This document shows, piece by piece, positions 8,262-17,889 of a DNA stretch of 64,000 bases. The stretch is from positions 84,106 to 148,105 of the forward strand of contig JACPSZ010000008.1 of assembly GCA_024860875.1 (NCBI GenBank), given 5' to 3'. Made by a program: the position numbers and the translations under genes. The notes under the pieces were generated by a model. That model was not told where the DNA came from. It searched no databases and saw nothing but the letters and a program-made list of their open reading frames with translations. Position 1 is the stretch's first letter. Every line of letters begins with the position of its first letter. This DNA is from Nitrososphaerota archaeon. GTDB lineage: Archaea > Thermoproteota > Nitrososphaeria > Nitrososphaerales > UBA57.

Positions 8262-8801
8262 TTGAGTAAGACAAAAGTTATATCGCAATTAATTCTTAAT
8301 AACTTAATTCTCCATGATGACGCAGATTATGAAGGATTGCGTAAAAATACATTTCAACTTCTAGTCGAAGAAGGGTATGATAGTGAACTGGCTTCTGATA
8401 TATCCGGCAGAGTCAAACAAATGTATCTAATGGCAGACGAAGCAGACAACCATCATAAAAATAGGGATGAAATTCAAGAGGATATATCGTATAATGCTAT
8501 GAAAAAATCTGCCAATGATATAAATGATAGAATGGGACATCGAAGATATTCAAGATTTGAAATAGGCTGGTGGAAATCATGGAGACATGGTAAATATAGC
8601 AAAACTGGGTTTCTTTTATTCAGATACAATCTATTAATGATGGGAATTAAACACCCGATAGCAGCGATGGAAAATACGTATTACCTAATGATGGCTGGAA
8701 AGTACCATAACAAGAAGGATTGGAATAAAGCATTGCTATTTATAGAAAAGATGTGGAAAAATATTTCTTCTTATTCTAATGAACTGCCATTGATATTTTG
8801 A
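8262..8801 (+). CDS. Hypothetical protein in a visibly AT-rich patch
   Basis: 179-aa ORF with a TTG start, rich in Lys/Asn/Tyr/Trp. No family recognised, and the composition differs from its neighbours. Confidence 0.4.
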   Translation: MSKTKVISQLILNNLILHDDADYEGLRKNTFQLLVEEGYDSELASDISGRVKQMYLMADEADNHHKNRDEIQEDISYNAMKKSANDINDRMGHRRYSRFEIGWWKSWRHGKYSKTGFLLFRYNLLMMGIKHPIAAMENTYYLMMAGKYHNKKDWNKALLFIEKMWKNISSYSNELPLIF

Positions 8802-8991
8802 TAAAGAACAACTAAGTATACAACTCACGCCTATTCGAAAAATCACTAAAACTTAATTTTCTAACGACGATCTTATTAGGTAGAAATAGCTCTTAGCAGG
8901 CTCCATTGCAAAATCGCTGAAATGTATATATTGGTCAGCTAGAGCTGGAAGCTAGAGATAGGAGCGAATAATGGGAAAATTACGTCTAGAC

Positions 8992-10365
8992 TTATTCTGG
9001 TCTAACCTGATTGCCTGTTGGGATTGTTATAGTAACCTGTGATACAGGTTTGATCTGCTTAACCCTATTCCTTTCTAGCTGTATGACATGATCTGCCATG
9101 CCTTCAAATGACGAGATAACCTCTAGTTTGTGTACTTGGTAGTTGAGTGTCAATAGCAGTTGTACACCATTTTTGGCACACAGCTCAGATACATAGCTCA
9201 CTATCGAGTACACTTCATCTATCCCGAGTAGCTGTATTAGATGGGATATGCCATCAAGGACAATCCTTCCTTGAGGGTTTGCTTCGATTGTCCATTTCAG
9301 CAGGTCATAAGTGTTCTTCTTGAACAGAGGTGCTTCGATTGTTTCGTCTTTGGATACTGTAATGCGGTCAGCACTCATGGAGAATCCGATCATCTTCACT
9401 GTCTTGTTCATAGATCCTGCAAGCCGAAGCGGACTTCCTTCATATGTCACGCAGACGCCGGGCTTCCATCCTGAACCTAAGTAATAGTAGACAAGTTCAT
9501 GGTAATCGCTGATGGAGTCTACTTCAAGAAGAATCTTCTTCCCGAATCCCATATTAAGATCGAGTACTTTGGAGAACTGCTTCCTCTTCAGCTCAATTGC
9601 GAGTGGAGAATTAGATGCGAAGAATTCCAAGAGCGCCGTAGGTTTGGCATAGGTGTATGCTAAGTAGCCAAGCACAATGCTCTCTAGCAGGTGACCAAAC
9701 ACAACAATGTCGATTCCCAATATTCTCAGAGCCCCGCTGACTGTAAATAGTATGGAAGACATAACTATCCAAAGCAGACCTGTAGTTTTGATTACATTGG
9801 AGAGAGACTTACTTTGTGTAACAATCTCCTCGGACAGGAGTTTGGACTGATGCCAGAGAAAGCCAAGATACACTACGGATAGCAAAGCTAGTTGGGACAA
9901 ACTTTGAGAGGCTATCAGGGTGGGTGTACCTAGCAACGGTATCGTACCCTGAACGAAGTTAAATTGGAAGGCATTCCAAACTAAGGCCAGAATGGACAAG
10001 TTGGCGCCAATCGTAATAAGCAGTGAAGTTGATTTTCTTATCCGGAGTTCTTTGTACGGAGTTTCATGTCCTCGCGCTTGGAGGCGAAGCACCTGCGATG
10101 CGGTCGCGAGCAGAATTGCCGCAACGATTACTGCGCTAATCGAGGTCTTCATCATTAGAGTGGCTAGAGCAATGTTAGTTACCTGGGAAAGCACTAATTC
10201 AGCGGCAACAACGGTACCGAAAGACAAATACGAAAAAAACAGCAAATATTTCACAGAGTGGAAATAAGATAGCCTCTGACTCATGACTAGATACGCATGG
10301 AAACCCGTAAACATAATCGTGGCGATGGATAGAAATACTTCCGCCGGTATTGTCAAATAGTCCAA
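8992..10365 (-). CDS. Polytopic membrane protein with a C-terminal degenerate RecA/KaiC-like (DUF835-like) domain
   Basis: The N-terminal ~250 aa hold about 6-7 hydrophobic helices. The C-terminal domain KKILLEVDSISDYHELVYYYLGSG...GRIVLDGISHLIQLLGIDEVYSIVSYVSELCAKNGVQLLLTLN resembles a KaiC/RecA fold but has no GxxxxGK[ST] Walker A. Confidence 0.6.
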   Translation of the reverse strand: MDYLTIPAEVFLSIATIMFTGFHAYLVMSQRLSYFHSVKYLLFFSYLSFGTVVAAELVLSQVTNIALATLMMKTSISAVIVAAILLATASQVLRLQARGHETPYKELRIRKSTSLLITIGANLSILALVWNAFQFNFVQGTIPLLGTPTLIASQSLSQLALLSVVYLGFLWHQSKLLSEEIVTQSKSLSNVIKTTGLLWIVMSSILFTVSGALRILGIDIVVFGHLLESIVLGYLAYTYAKPTALLEFFASNSPLAIELKRKQFSKVLDLNMGFGKKILLEVDSISDYHELVYYYLGSGWKPGVCVTYEGSPLRLAGSMNKTVKMIGFSMSADRITVSKDETIEAPLFKKNTYDLLKWTIEANPQGRIVLDGISHLIQLLGIDEVYSIVSYVSELCAKNGVQLLLTLNYQVHKLEVISSFEGMADHVIQLERNRVKQIKPVSQVTITIPTGNQVRPE

Positions 10366-10510
10366 GTTGAATTTGCTTCCTTGTTAGGATATTAAGGGAT
10401 TATGGATCCTGCGTCTATGTTTGACACGTAATAGCTACCGTGAATAGTCAAACATCGTTTAGTACGTATAATGGGTCGTAGCAGATATAAGAAGCGTTTT
10501 CTTCGTTGTC

Positions 10511-11818
10511 ATGATGGATGTTTACGACGTCATTGTCATTGGAGGCGGGTGTGTTGGCTGCTCCACCATCTATAACCTATCACACCGATATCAGGGGAAG
10601 TTCTTGCTCATCGAAAAGGAGCATCTGCATGCCATGCACACCAGCAACATGTTCAGGAACAGCGGCACAATACACGACGGAGCGACTGAGGATTACGTAC
10701 CAGGGACAAAGAAGTATATCATGAGTCCTTCGGGAGCAAAGAAACTCATCAACTATTGCAAATCTGCAGAAAAGAAATACAAGAAACATCTAGTCAAAAA
10801 AGTCGGCAAACTCGTCGTTGACAGCGGGAGGCAGAAACTAGAGAAGATGGAAGAAGGCAGCAGAAAGCTAGGCTTTGACGTTAAAGTGATTGACTGGAAA
10901 GAACTTGAAAAAATCCAGCCGATAGTCATCAATGGGAGAAAAGACGGTGAAGTGTTTGCACTTTACCATCCTGAAGCTCACATAATCGATTCTTCCGCGT
11001 ATGTTGATACTCTAGTGGGCGAGGCCAAGGAGAAAGGTGCCGAGTTTGCTTGCGACACGAAACTGACTGGCCTGAAGGAAAAAGATGGCTTGTTGAAGGT
11101 GGAAACTAACAAGGGAAGCTTCCTTGCAAGGTACGTGGTAAACTCTGCAGGGATACACGCAATAACGATAGCCAGAGAATTAGGGGCAGGCAAGGATTAT
11201 ACGCTGATACCAGTAAGAGGCGATTTCTTTGAAATTGTCGGTGGAAAGGCGAAGGAGATAACAAAATGCATCTACCAAGCGCCTGTTAAATCGTCTACTG
11301 CGGGTACAAGCAACCCTCAGCACTTCCACCCTACGATGCACGGAAAGACCTACGGAGGACCGACTGCTGTTCCTATCTATGGTATGGAGCTCTATGCAGG
11401 GAAGCCAGAAGAAGAAGCAGTGGACAGCAAGTACTATTTGCTGGAATTAGCGAAAGCAACTCTTGGCTTTTCGGGATTCTGGAAGCTTCTGATGAAGGGA
11501 AGTTTCTGGAATATGAGTTACAAGGAATTTAGAAAATCCGTCTTGCCAGAAAGGTGGGCGTTGAAGTACTTCTTGGAGGACGCAAGGAAGTTGGTGCCAT
11601 CACTCGAGAAATCTGATCTGGTCAAATCTCCCCATTCAGGGATAAGAGCTCAGCCTTTGGATAAAAATGGCAACATGGTTCCAGACATCCAGATACTATA
11701 CGGGAAGAACTCGTCGCACTACTTCAGCCCCTCTCCTGCACTCTCGCTTTCAATAACTCTTGGCGAAGACGAGAGCGTTCACATAGCTACAGAGCTAGAC
11801 CTTAAGCCGCTAAAATAA
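10511..11818 (+). CDS. FAD-dependent oxidoreductase (DAO family, L-2-hydroxyglutarate oxidase-like)
   Basis: N-terminal Rossmann dinucleotide motif YDVIVIGGGCVGCSTIYNL. 435 aa, with a DAO-like layout. Confidence 0.7.
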   Translation: MMDVYDVIVIGGGCVGCSTIYNLSHRYQGKFLLIEKEHLHAMHTSNMFRNSGTIHDGATEDYVPGTKKYIMSPSGAKKLINYCKSAEKKYKKHLVKKVGKLVVDSGRQKLEKMEEGSRKLGFDVKVIDWKELEKIQPIVINGRKDGEVFALYHPEAHIIDSSAYVDTLVGEAKEKGAEFACDTKLTGLKEKDGLLKVETNKGSFLARYVVNSAGIHAITIARELGAGKDYTLIPVRGDFFEIVGGKAKEITKCIYQAPVKSSTAGTSNPQHFHPTMHGKTYGGPTAVPIYGMELYAGKPEEEAVDSKYYLLELAKATLGFSGFWKLLMKGSFWNMSYKEFRKSVLPERWALKYFLEDARKLVPSLEKSDLVKSPHSGIRAQPLDKNGNMVPDIQILYGKNSSHYFSPSPALSLSITLGEDESVHIATELDLKPLK

Positions 11819-11827
11819 AGACAGAAT

Positions 11828-13258
11828 TTACTGCGATTTGCCTAGCGTAAGAACCCTTATGATGTCTGTCCTACCTTTGGGACTCGTCGGGCTCCCCGCA
11901 GCGACTATAATCTGGTCACCTATTTTGCCGTACTTATTTTTGAGCACAATCTCTTCTGACTTCCTGAATATTGCTTCGGCTGTCTTCAGGGTACGGCACA
12001 TGATCGGTATAACTCCCCACGAAATCAGCAACTGCCTACCAACATTCTCATTCCCCGTTAAGGCAAGTATAGGCTGAGAGCATCTATACCTTGAAATTCT
12101 CCTTGCTGTCAACCCAGACCTTGTTGGAGCTACTACGGCTGCAGCGTTTATGTTGAGCGCAAGTTCTACTGCTGAGAGGCTCAAGGCCTCCCCGATTCCC
12201 GGCTCTAAATTCTCCCTATGCTTCCTGATTACTGCGCGATGGTCTATTGCGCTCTCAGCCTCCTGCACGATTTTGGACATAACCTTCACTGCTTGGACAG
12301 GGTAGCTGCCCACGGCAGTTTCTTCCGACAGCATTACTGCGTCTGTTCCATCGAGAACGGCGTTGGCTATGTCTGTCACTTCTGCCCTGGTAGGAGTTGG
12401 GCTGTTTACCATGGACATCAACATCTGCGTTGCCGTTATTACTGGCTTGCCAGCATTGTTGCATTCTTCTATGATCCTCTTCTGTATGATCGGAGTCCTC
12501 TCAATGGGCAATTCTACTCCAAGGTCTCCCCTTGCTACCATTATGCCGTCTGCAACTTCGAGAATCTCCTTCAGCCTCCTGAAACCCTCTGCCTTTTCTA
12601 TCTTGGCAATGACCATTGCATTGCTGTCGTTATCACGAATAAGATCCTTGGCTACTCTTACGTCGTCAGGCCCTCTGACGAAAGACACTGCAAAAAAGTC
12701 AGCCCCTGCCTCTATGCCGAAGCGTATATGTGTCTTATCGACATCGGTTATCGCTGGAAGTTTCAGGCTCCTGCTCGGTATGTTCACTCCCTTTCTTGAG
12801 AAGAGCAACCCTCCTACAACTACCCTGCAGATAACATCATTGCCCTTTACTCGATCAACTTTGAGCGTTATCAGACCGTTGGCAAGTGAAATGTCGTCGC
12901 CAGCAGAGACTTCGGATGCCAGATCAGCATAATCAACAGGAATTATGTTTTGTGTGCCCTCAAAATCACCGGGCGACAGCGTAATCTTTGCACCTCTCTC
13001 CAGCATTATCGAACTTTTCCTAATTTTTCCTACACGGATTCTTGGTCCCGGTAGATCAAGCAGGAGTCCTACGGGCTTGTCCGTAATGCTGGATGCTTTC
13101 CTTACCGCATCGATGAGAGATTTGTGGGTACTTCTGTTGCCGTGAGAGAGGTTGACCCTTGCAACATTCATTCCTGCCTTGATCATCGGACATATGGTAC
13201 CGGTGGTGGAGCTTGCAGGTCCTACGGTGCAGACGATCTTGGTTGCGAAGGTGTCCAT
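11828..13258 (-). CDS. pyk: Pyruvate kinase
   Basis: TKIVCTVGPASS, NVARVNLSHG, MVARGDLGVELP and ATQMLMSM motifs. The ORF track extends to 13318; the Met at 13256-13258 (MDTFATKIVCTVGP) gives the canonical N-terminus. Confidence 0.9.
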   Translation of the reverse strand: MDTFATKIVCTVGPASSTTGTICPMIKAGMNVARVNLSHGNRSTHKSLIDAVRKASSITDKPVGLLLDLPGPRIRVGKIRKSSIMLERGAKITLSPGDFEGTQNIIPVDYADLASEVSAGDDISLANGLITLKVDRVKGNDVICRVVVGGLLFSRKGVNIPSRSLKLPAITDVDKTHIRFGIEAGADFFAVSFVRGPDDVRVAKDLIRDNDSNAMVIAKIEKAEGFRRLKEILEVADGIMVARGDLGVELPIERTPIIQKRIIEECNNAGKPVITATQMLMSMVNSPTPTRAEVTDIANAVLDGTDAVMLSEETAVGSYPVQAVKVMSKIVQEAESAIDHRAVIRKHRENLEPGIGEALSLSAVELALNINAAAVVAPTRSGLTARRISRYRCSQPILALTGNENVGRQLLISWGVIPIMCRTLKTAEAIFRKSEEIVLKNKYGKIGDQIIVAAGSPTSPKGRTDIIRVLTLGKSQ

Positions 13259-13372
13259 CACCACGGCTATGATGAGGAAGGATAAAGTGTTAACCCTCCT
13301 GTCGGTAAATTTGCGCATGGCAATGGAACGAGCGTTCCAAAGAATTCCTTATTCTTGTACTTTATTCAATAA

Positions 13373-13651
13373 ATGTCAGGTTTGTGGGGAAAGTTGTCAG
13401 GAAGAAATGGTTCCATCAGGAGGACGAAATCTGTTACCGTCTGTCGATTTTGTGGAAAGTTGCTAGATAGGGGTAGGCTGGCAAGAAAATTTTCTGTTCA
13501 TGGAAGAACTGTGTACGAATGCATCGATCATCCTTTTCCAAGAGAGCCTGAGCCAAAAATAATCGCCGAGATGGGGCAGAACGTCGCCTCTGGCATAAGA
13601 TTAAACCTTGAAAAATTGTCAAATGTCCATATAGTCAGCACATTGGAATGA
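13373..13651 (+). CDS. Possible small zinc-finger protein (weak)
   Basis: 92-aa ORF with CRFCGKLL...YECIDH (CxxC...CxxH). No other support. Confidence 0.2.
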   Translation: MSGLWGKLSGRNGSIRRTKSVTVCRFCGKLLDRGRLARKFSVHGRTVYECIDHPFPREPEPKIIAEMGQNVASGIRLNLEKLSNVHIVSTLE

Positions 13652-13795
13652 AGTAAATTCGTAGAGAACAAAAATAGGCAATACAATAATAGTTTAGCGA
13701 AGTTTCTTGGAGCGAGAGTACATAATGAATTGGCCGACAAAAAGTAGCGATATTATACTTGTATACTACTTTCCTCTAAAGGTGTTCAGACTGCC

Positions 13796-14191
13796 ATGAA
13801 AAAGACAACGATCAAGCAAATAGTCTTCATACATGCCAAGCCAGAAGAGGTCTATAACGCTCTTATCGATGCTAAGAAACATGCAGAGTTTACAGGTGCA
13901 AAGGCAACTTCGCAACCAAATGTAGGATGCAAATTCACCGCTTGGGACGGTTACATTTTGGGCAAGCATTTGTTGCTTGAAAGGGGAAAAAAGATAGTTC
14001 AGGAGTGGAAGACTACCGAATGGCCTGAGGGTTATCCTCCATCGAAACTGGAATTTACGTTCAAGGAGAAGCAAGGAGGGACTGAACTTACAATGCTACA
14101 TACAGACGTACCTGCAGAGCAGGCAGCGTCGTACGACCAGGGCTGGAAGGATTTCTACTGGGTTCCAATGAAAGAATACTTCAAGAAATGA
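13796..14191 (+). CDS. SRPBCC-superfamily protein (Aha1/AHSA1-like domain)
   Basis: IKQIVFIHAKPEEVYNALIDAKKHAEFTG...WDGYILGKHLLLERGKKIVQEW...LEFTFKEKQGGTELTMLHTDVP matches the Activator-of-Hsp90-ATPase-homolog-like START fold family. Confidence 0.75.
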   Translation: MKKTTIKQIVFIHAKPEEVYNALIDAKKHAEFTGAKATSQPNVGCKFTAWDGYILGKHLLLERGKKIVQEWKTTEWPEGYPPSKLEFTFKEKQGGTELTMLHTDVPAEQAASYDQGWKDFYWVPMKEYFKK

Positions 14192-14437
14192 GAGTGTTGA
14201 TTTGCTAACATGCTCTAGTACTGCATCTCTATATCATTCTACTCCTAACGGCAAGGATAACGGCGCTATACACAACAAATCAAAGGTTTACTTCATATTT
14301 TGACTTTATATACGATCTCCCGTCATCTTTTTGCACGCAGGGGCGTGTTTGTTAGGGACTTTTTGAGTTCATATTGCAGGTGGAGGTTTTGGATAGTATA
14401 ACCGAGTACCCCTTACAGAGAAATGCAGGCGCGGGCT

Positions 14438-15220
14438 CTATCTTCCGAACCTTCTGGCCCTCTTCTGATATGTTCTGATAGCTCGCATCAGATCAATTTT
14501 CCTAAAGTCAGGCCAGTAGACATCAAGGAAGACCAGCTCACTATACGCACTCTGCCAAAGCAGAAAGCCGCTCAATCGTTCTTCCCCAGAAGTCCTTATG
14601 ATTAGATCGGGCTCGGGATATGGAAGATAGGACGTGTAAAGGTTCTGAGCAATGGTATCCTCGCTGATGGACTCTGGAGATATCTCCCCTTTCCTCGCCC
14701 TAGCAGCAAGTTTCCTGACAACATCTATTATCTCTGATCTCCCTCCGTAGGCAAGCGCAATATTCAGGTACAGACCGTCATAGTCTTTTGTGGCCTCCTC
14801 TATCTTGGCAAGCAAGTCCTGCAGTTCCTTTGGCAATATAGCCAAGTTTCCGATGCCCTTGACCCTAACTTTGTAGGCATGTATTCTCGGATCAGTTAGG
14901 AGCTCGTTGAGCTTGTCAGTTATCACTCTGAAAAGCTCCTGAACCTCTTCTGGAGAGCGAGACATGTTTTCAGTCGACAAAACGAAAAGAGTGATGGCCT
15001 TGATCCTGAGTTCCCTGCACCATTCAAGGACCTCATCAGCAAGTTGAGCACCGTACCAGTGCCCCAGCCATGTAGGGATGGAACGCAGCTTAGCCCATCT
15101 TCTATTGCCATCTAGAATAATCCCAACATGTTTAGGCGAATCTCCCTTTGCAATTTCGGAGGAGAGATACTTCTCGTAAGCCTTATAGACGCCCAGCGTC
15201 TTCAGCAGCACAAGCAACAA
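14438..15220 (-). CDS. uppS: Canonical cis-prenyltransferase: (di-trans,poly-cis) undecaprenyl/polyprenyl diphosphate synthase
   Basis: HVGIILDGNRRWAK, FVLSTENMSRS, IIRTSGEERLSGFLLWQSAYSELVFLDVYWPDF, and a C-terminal RRFGR. Confidence 0.9.
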   Translation of the reverse strand: MLLVLLKTLGVYKAYEKYLSSEIAKGDSPKHVGIILDGNRRWAKLRSIPTWLGHWYGAQLADEVLEWCRELRIKAITLFVLSTENMSRSPEEVQELFRVITDKLNELLTDPRIHAYKVRVKGIGNLAILPKELQDLLAKIEEATKDYDGLYLNIALAYGGRSEIIDVVRKLAARARKGEISPESISEDTIAQNLYTSYLPYPEPDLIIRTSGEERLSGFLLWQSAYSELVFLDVYWPDFRKIDLMRAIRTYQKRARRFGR

Positions 15221-15234
15221 ATTGTTTTCTTACC

Positions 15235-16350
15235 TTAGGTTTGTGCCCTCTCCCTGACGTGCTGATATACTAATGTTATGACCACGAATATTGCTGCAAG
15301 TCCCATCAGCAACATCGACAATAATGCGAAGGTATTCCCCGCTCCTCTGAGTATCAAGGAGAACTGCTGAACTGGCAGGTACATAAACGCTAGAGCCACA
15401 AGTGCGACTGTAGAGCGTAACACTGCAAACCTCCTCCTTCTTATGAGTCCTACCAAGAACCCTCCTCCAAAGAATAGTCCTAAACCTATCCAGAGCGGGT
15501 TCAAAGTTTCGAGGAGGAATTCTCCAAAAAGTTTAGGCCCGTACCTGAAAAACAGACCTGCGTCGGCTGCAGCAAATGCGAACTCTGGCATGGTTCCGAT
15601 TGTTGCAAATCCTTGGAAGAATCCTGCTGCTATGGATAACATAGCTGCCAATGCTGAAAAGAGCCTGATGTATCCAGAAGGCTTTATGTGTGCCAGCGAC
15701 ATAGCATGCTTGTCAAGGTTGAACCCTCTAATCATGAATGCAATTCCCATTATTCCAAGAGAAATTGTCGTTGCTTCAGTTATCCTGCCAAGAAATGCAA
15801 GCACGCCCCATGCGAAGATCAGCAGGCCAGGCAATCCAAGGAAGAACTTCGAATACCTTGGATCATAAATCAGCATCCTCAGATACCTTCCCAGCACTTC
15901 ATAAGTTTCTTCGACTCCTGCGCTGTGCTTTATCACGACCCTCTTCACAGACACAACGGGTAGAACGCCTTGTAATATTGGGAGAACCTCCTTATCCTCT
16001 GCACCGTCAGTAACCAAGATTACACCATCGGCATTGTAAGCATCGGTAATTTGCAATAACTCTTTCCTTAGCTTTTGGTCAGCTTCCACTCCTCCCTCGA
16101 ACCTTCCTGCAACTACGGCAACTTCGCTTGCATATCCTTTCCTCATAATTTCATCATGCAACTTTATAGCTGCAAAGATTGCGTTCGCGTCGGCCTCTTC
16201 AGGGTCTGCAATTGCCAAACTGGAAGCTACCTTCGCACATGCTTCCCTTCCCATGACAGGAGTTTTCACCATAGCCTTTGTGCCTACATCGTCATCCCTA
16301 TCGACGCACAGCACTAGCAGTTTAGATTCTCGTTCCTGTCTTGGAGGCAT
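15235..16350 (-). CDS. DUF373-family archaeal membrane protein
   Basis: The N-terminal cytoplasmic domain LLVLCVDRDDDVGTK...GVILVTDGAEDKEVLP is followed by about 6 TM helices, the typical DUF373 architecture. Confidence 0.7.
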   Translation of the reverse strand: MPPRQERESKLLVLCVDRDDDVGTKAMVKTPVMGREACAKVASSLAIADPEEADANAIFAAIKLHDEIMRKGYASEVAVVAGRFEGGVEADQKLRKELLQITDAYNADGVILVTDGAEDKEVLPILQGVLPVVSVKRVVIKHSAGVEETYEVLGRYLRMLIYDPRYSKFFLGLPGLLIFAWGVLAFLGRITEATTISLGIMGIAFMIRGFNLDKHAMSLAHIKPSGYIRLFSALAAMLSIAAGFFQGFATIGTMPEFAFAAADAGLFFRYGPKLFGEFLLETLNPLWIGLGLFFGGGFLVGLIRRRRFAVLRSTVALVALAFMYLPVQQFSLILRGAGNTFALLSMLLMGLAAIFVVITLVYQHVRERAQT

Positions 16351-16386
16351 GTTATGAGAATATAATGCGAACAGATACTTAAGGTA

Positions 16387-17244
16387 TTAAGCCTCTTCGC
16401 CCAAAGCAAGGCGGAGTTCGTCAAATGATAAAGTCATTCCAGCTTCCAACTTGCTCTTAGCTTCGTCCTTGGCCTTTTCCAAAAACGCCTTCCTCTTCAG
16501 CATTATGGTTTCGTTGTCCTTCGCCTTCATTGAAATGATCAGATCATTTCTCTTCTTCCTGATATCTTCAAATTCTGCATAAGCCTTGTCCAGCTGCGTC
16601 CTTAGCTCTCCGATGTCCTTGCCATGCTCCATGATTTCGTCAAGTATATTCTGCCTCTGCGTAAGAAGTTGATGCACCGATTCCTTCCTCTTACCTATTT
16701 CTTCTCGTATGCCATCAGCAGCAACGTCTATTTCGTCAACTTTGTCTCTTAACTCGTTAACATCGCCCATTATATCCCTGTATTCTTGGCGAGTAGTGTT
16801 GGCCTTCTTGTAGCGCTTAAGCTTGGCCTCAAGTTCTTTCACGAACTGGACGAGTTCCTTCTCCTCTTCTCTTGTAAGCCTTTCTGTCTGGAGCTTCCAC
16901 TCGATCTTGTTGAGTTTGTCTGTAAGAATCCTGTCATTCTCGAAACCGCCCTTTTCATAGCTCTTCAGAGTCGTTCCAACTTTACGAGCCTGCTCCTTGT
17001 CTTCTTTCAGTTTCGTTATGATATCGGACCTTTTGTCTTTATACTCTTTCAATTTTGGAAAGAGTTCGTTTAATTGATCCCTCTCAGTTCGAAGCCTTTC
17101 GGTAAGCTTCCCGAACTCGATTTGTAATTCTTTCCCTCGCTGGTTCAGCTCCCTGAGCTGACCTATAATCCCCCGTTTGTACACAGCAAGCGAGTCGAGT
17201 CTCTTCGTCATCTCGGCCAATGCCGCTTCTTCAGTTGCGCTCAA
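16387..17244 (-). CDS. Archaeal coiled-coil protein (COG1340-like)
   Basis: 285 aa, almost entirely heptad-like and rich in Lys/Glu/Leu/Arg. Confidence 0.6.
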   Translation of the reverse strand: MSATEEAALAEMTKRLDSLAVYKRGIIGQLRELNQRGKELQIEFGKLTERLRTERDQLNELFPKLKEYKDKRSDIITKLKEDKEQARKVGTTLKSYEKGGFENDRILTDKLNKIEWKLQTERLTREEEKELVQFVKELEAKLKRYKKANTTRQEYRDIMGDVNELRDKVDEIDVAADGIREEIGKRKESVHQLLTQRQNILDEIMEHGKDIGELRTQLDKAYAEFEDIRKKRNDLIISMKAKDNETIMLKRKAFLEKAKDEAKSKLEAGMTLSFDELRLALGEEA

Positions 17245-17334
17245 TCGCCAACCCCTCTATACATAGGAACAATATAAGCTATTGCCCCAGCACCAGATTC
17301 AAGTTTATTTCTGTCCCTATTTCTTGAACGTCCG

Positions 17335-17889
17335 ATGCAGCAAAAAAAGATCTGGCTTGTAACTGGAGATCCAGGCTCAGGAAAAACAACTCTAATTTCA
17401 AGGATAATATTTGCTACAAGGTCTGAAGGATTCACGGTTGGAGGCATAATAACAAAGGAAGTCAGGGAGAAGGGAGAACGCACAGGATTTGAGATTATTG
17501 ATGTCGCTTCCACGAAGAAAGGCAGCCTTGCTTCTACGAAGCAGTCTTATGGTCCTCGGGTAGGCAAATACAAAGTGAACTTGAAGGATTTGGCTGAAAT
17601 CGGTTCGAAGGCTCTTGAGAATGCTCTAGCATCTTCTGACCTTATCGTGTGTGACGAAATGGGCCCTATGGAACTATTCAGCCCAGAATTTCGCAGAGCG
17701 CTACAGAAGGTTATATCGTCGTCAAAGCCGGTTTTAGGCTCTATCCACAAAAGGCTAGTTGATCCTTTAATCGAAGAAATAAAAACGAGCCCTACCGTTG
17801 AAGTCATTGAGATAACTGAAGAAAATCGAAGTTCGGTTGAAAAGGAACTTAAGGATATAATTCTGCAGCTATTGAGAGGAACTAGATGA
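17335..17889 (+). CDS. Nucleoside-triphosphatase (THEP1/COG1618 family)
   Basis: IWLVTGDPGSGKTTLISRI (P-loop), GFTVGGIITKEVREKGERTGFEI, and LIVCDEMGPMELFSPEFR (Walker B). Confidence 0.8.
   Translation: MQQKKIWLVTGDPGSGKTTLISRIIFATRSEGFTVGGIITKEVREKGERTGFEIIDVASTKKGSLASTKQSYGPRVGKYKVNLKDLAEIGSKALENALASSDLIVCDEMGPMELFSPEFRRALQKVISSSKPVLGSIHKRLVDPLIEEIKTSPTVEVIEITEENRSSVEKELKDIILQLLRGTR

Noticed and set aside
12218-13145. Several plus-strand ORFs of 66-193 aa
   Set aside because: All lie antisense within the well-supported pyruvate kinase gene. Their composition is not protein-like (Cys/His/Tyr-rich or Ser/Leu-rich).
17241-17513. 90-aa minus-strand ORF overlapping the divergent promoter region and the NTPase 5' end
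   Set aside because: It is antisense to the P-loop-encoding part of the NTPase gene and has no independent support.
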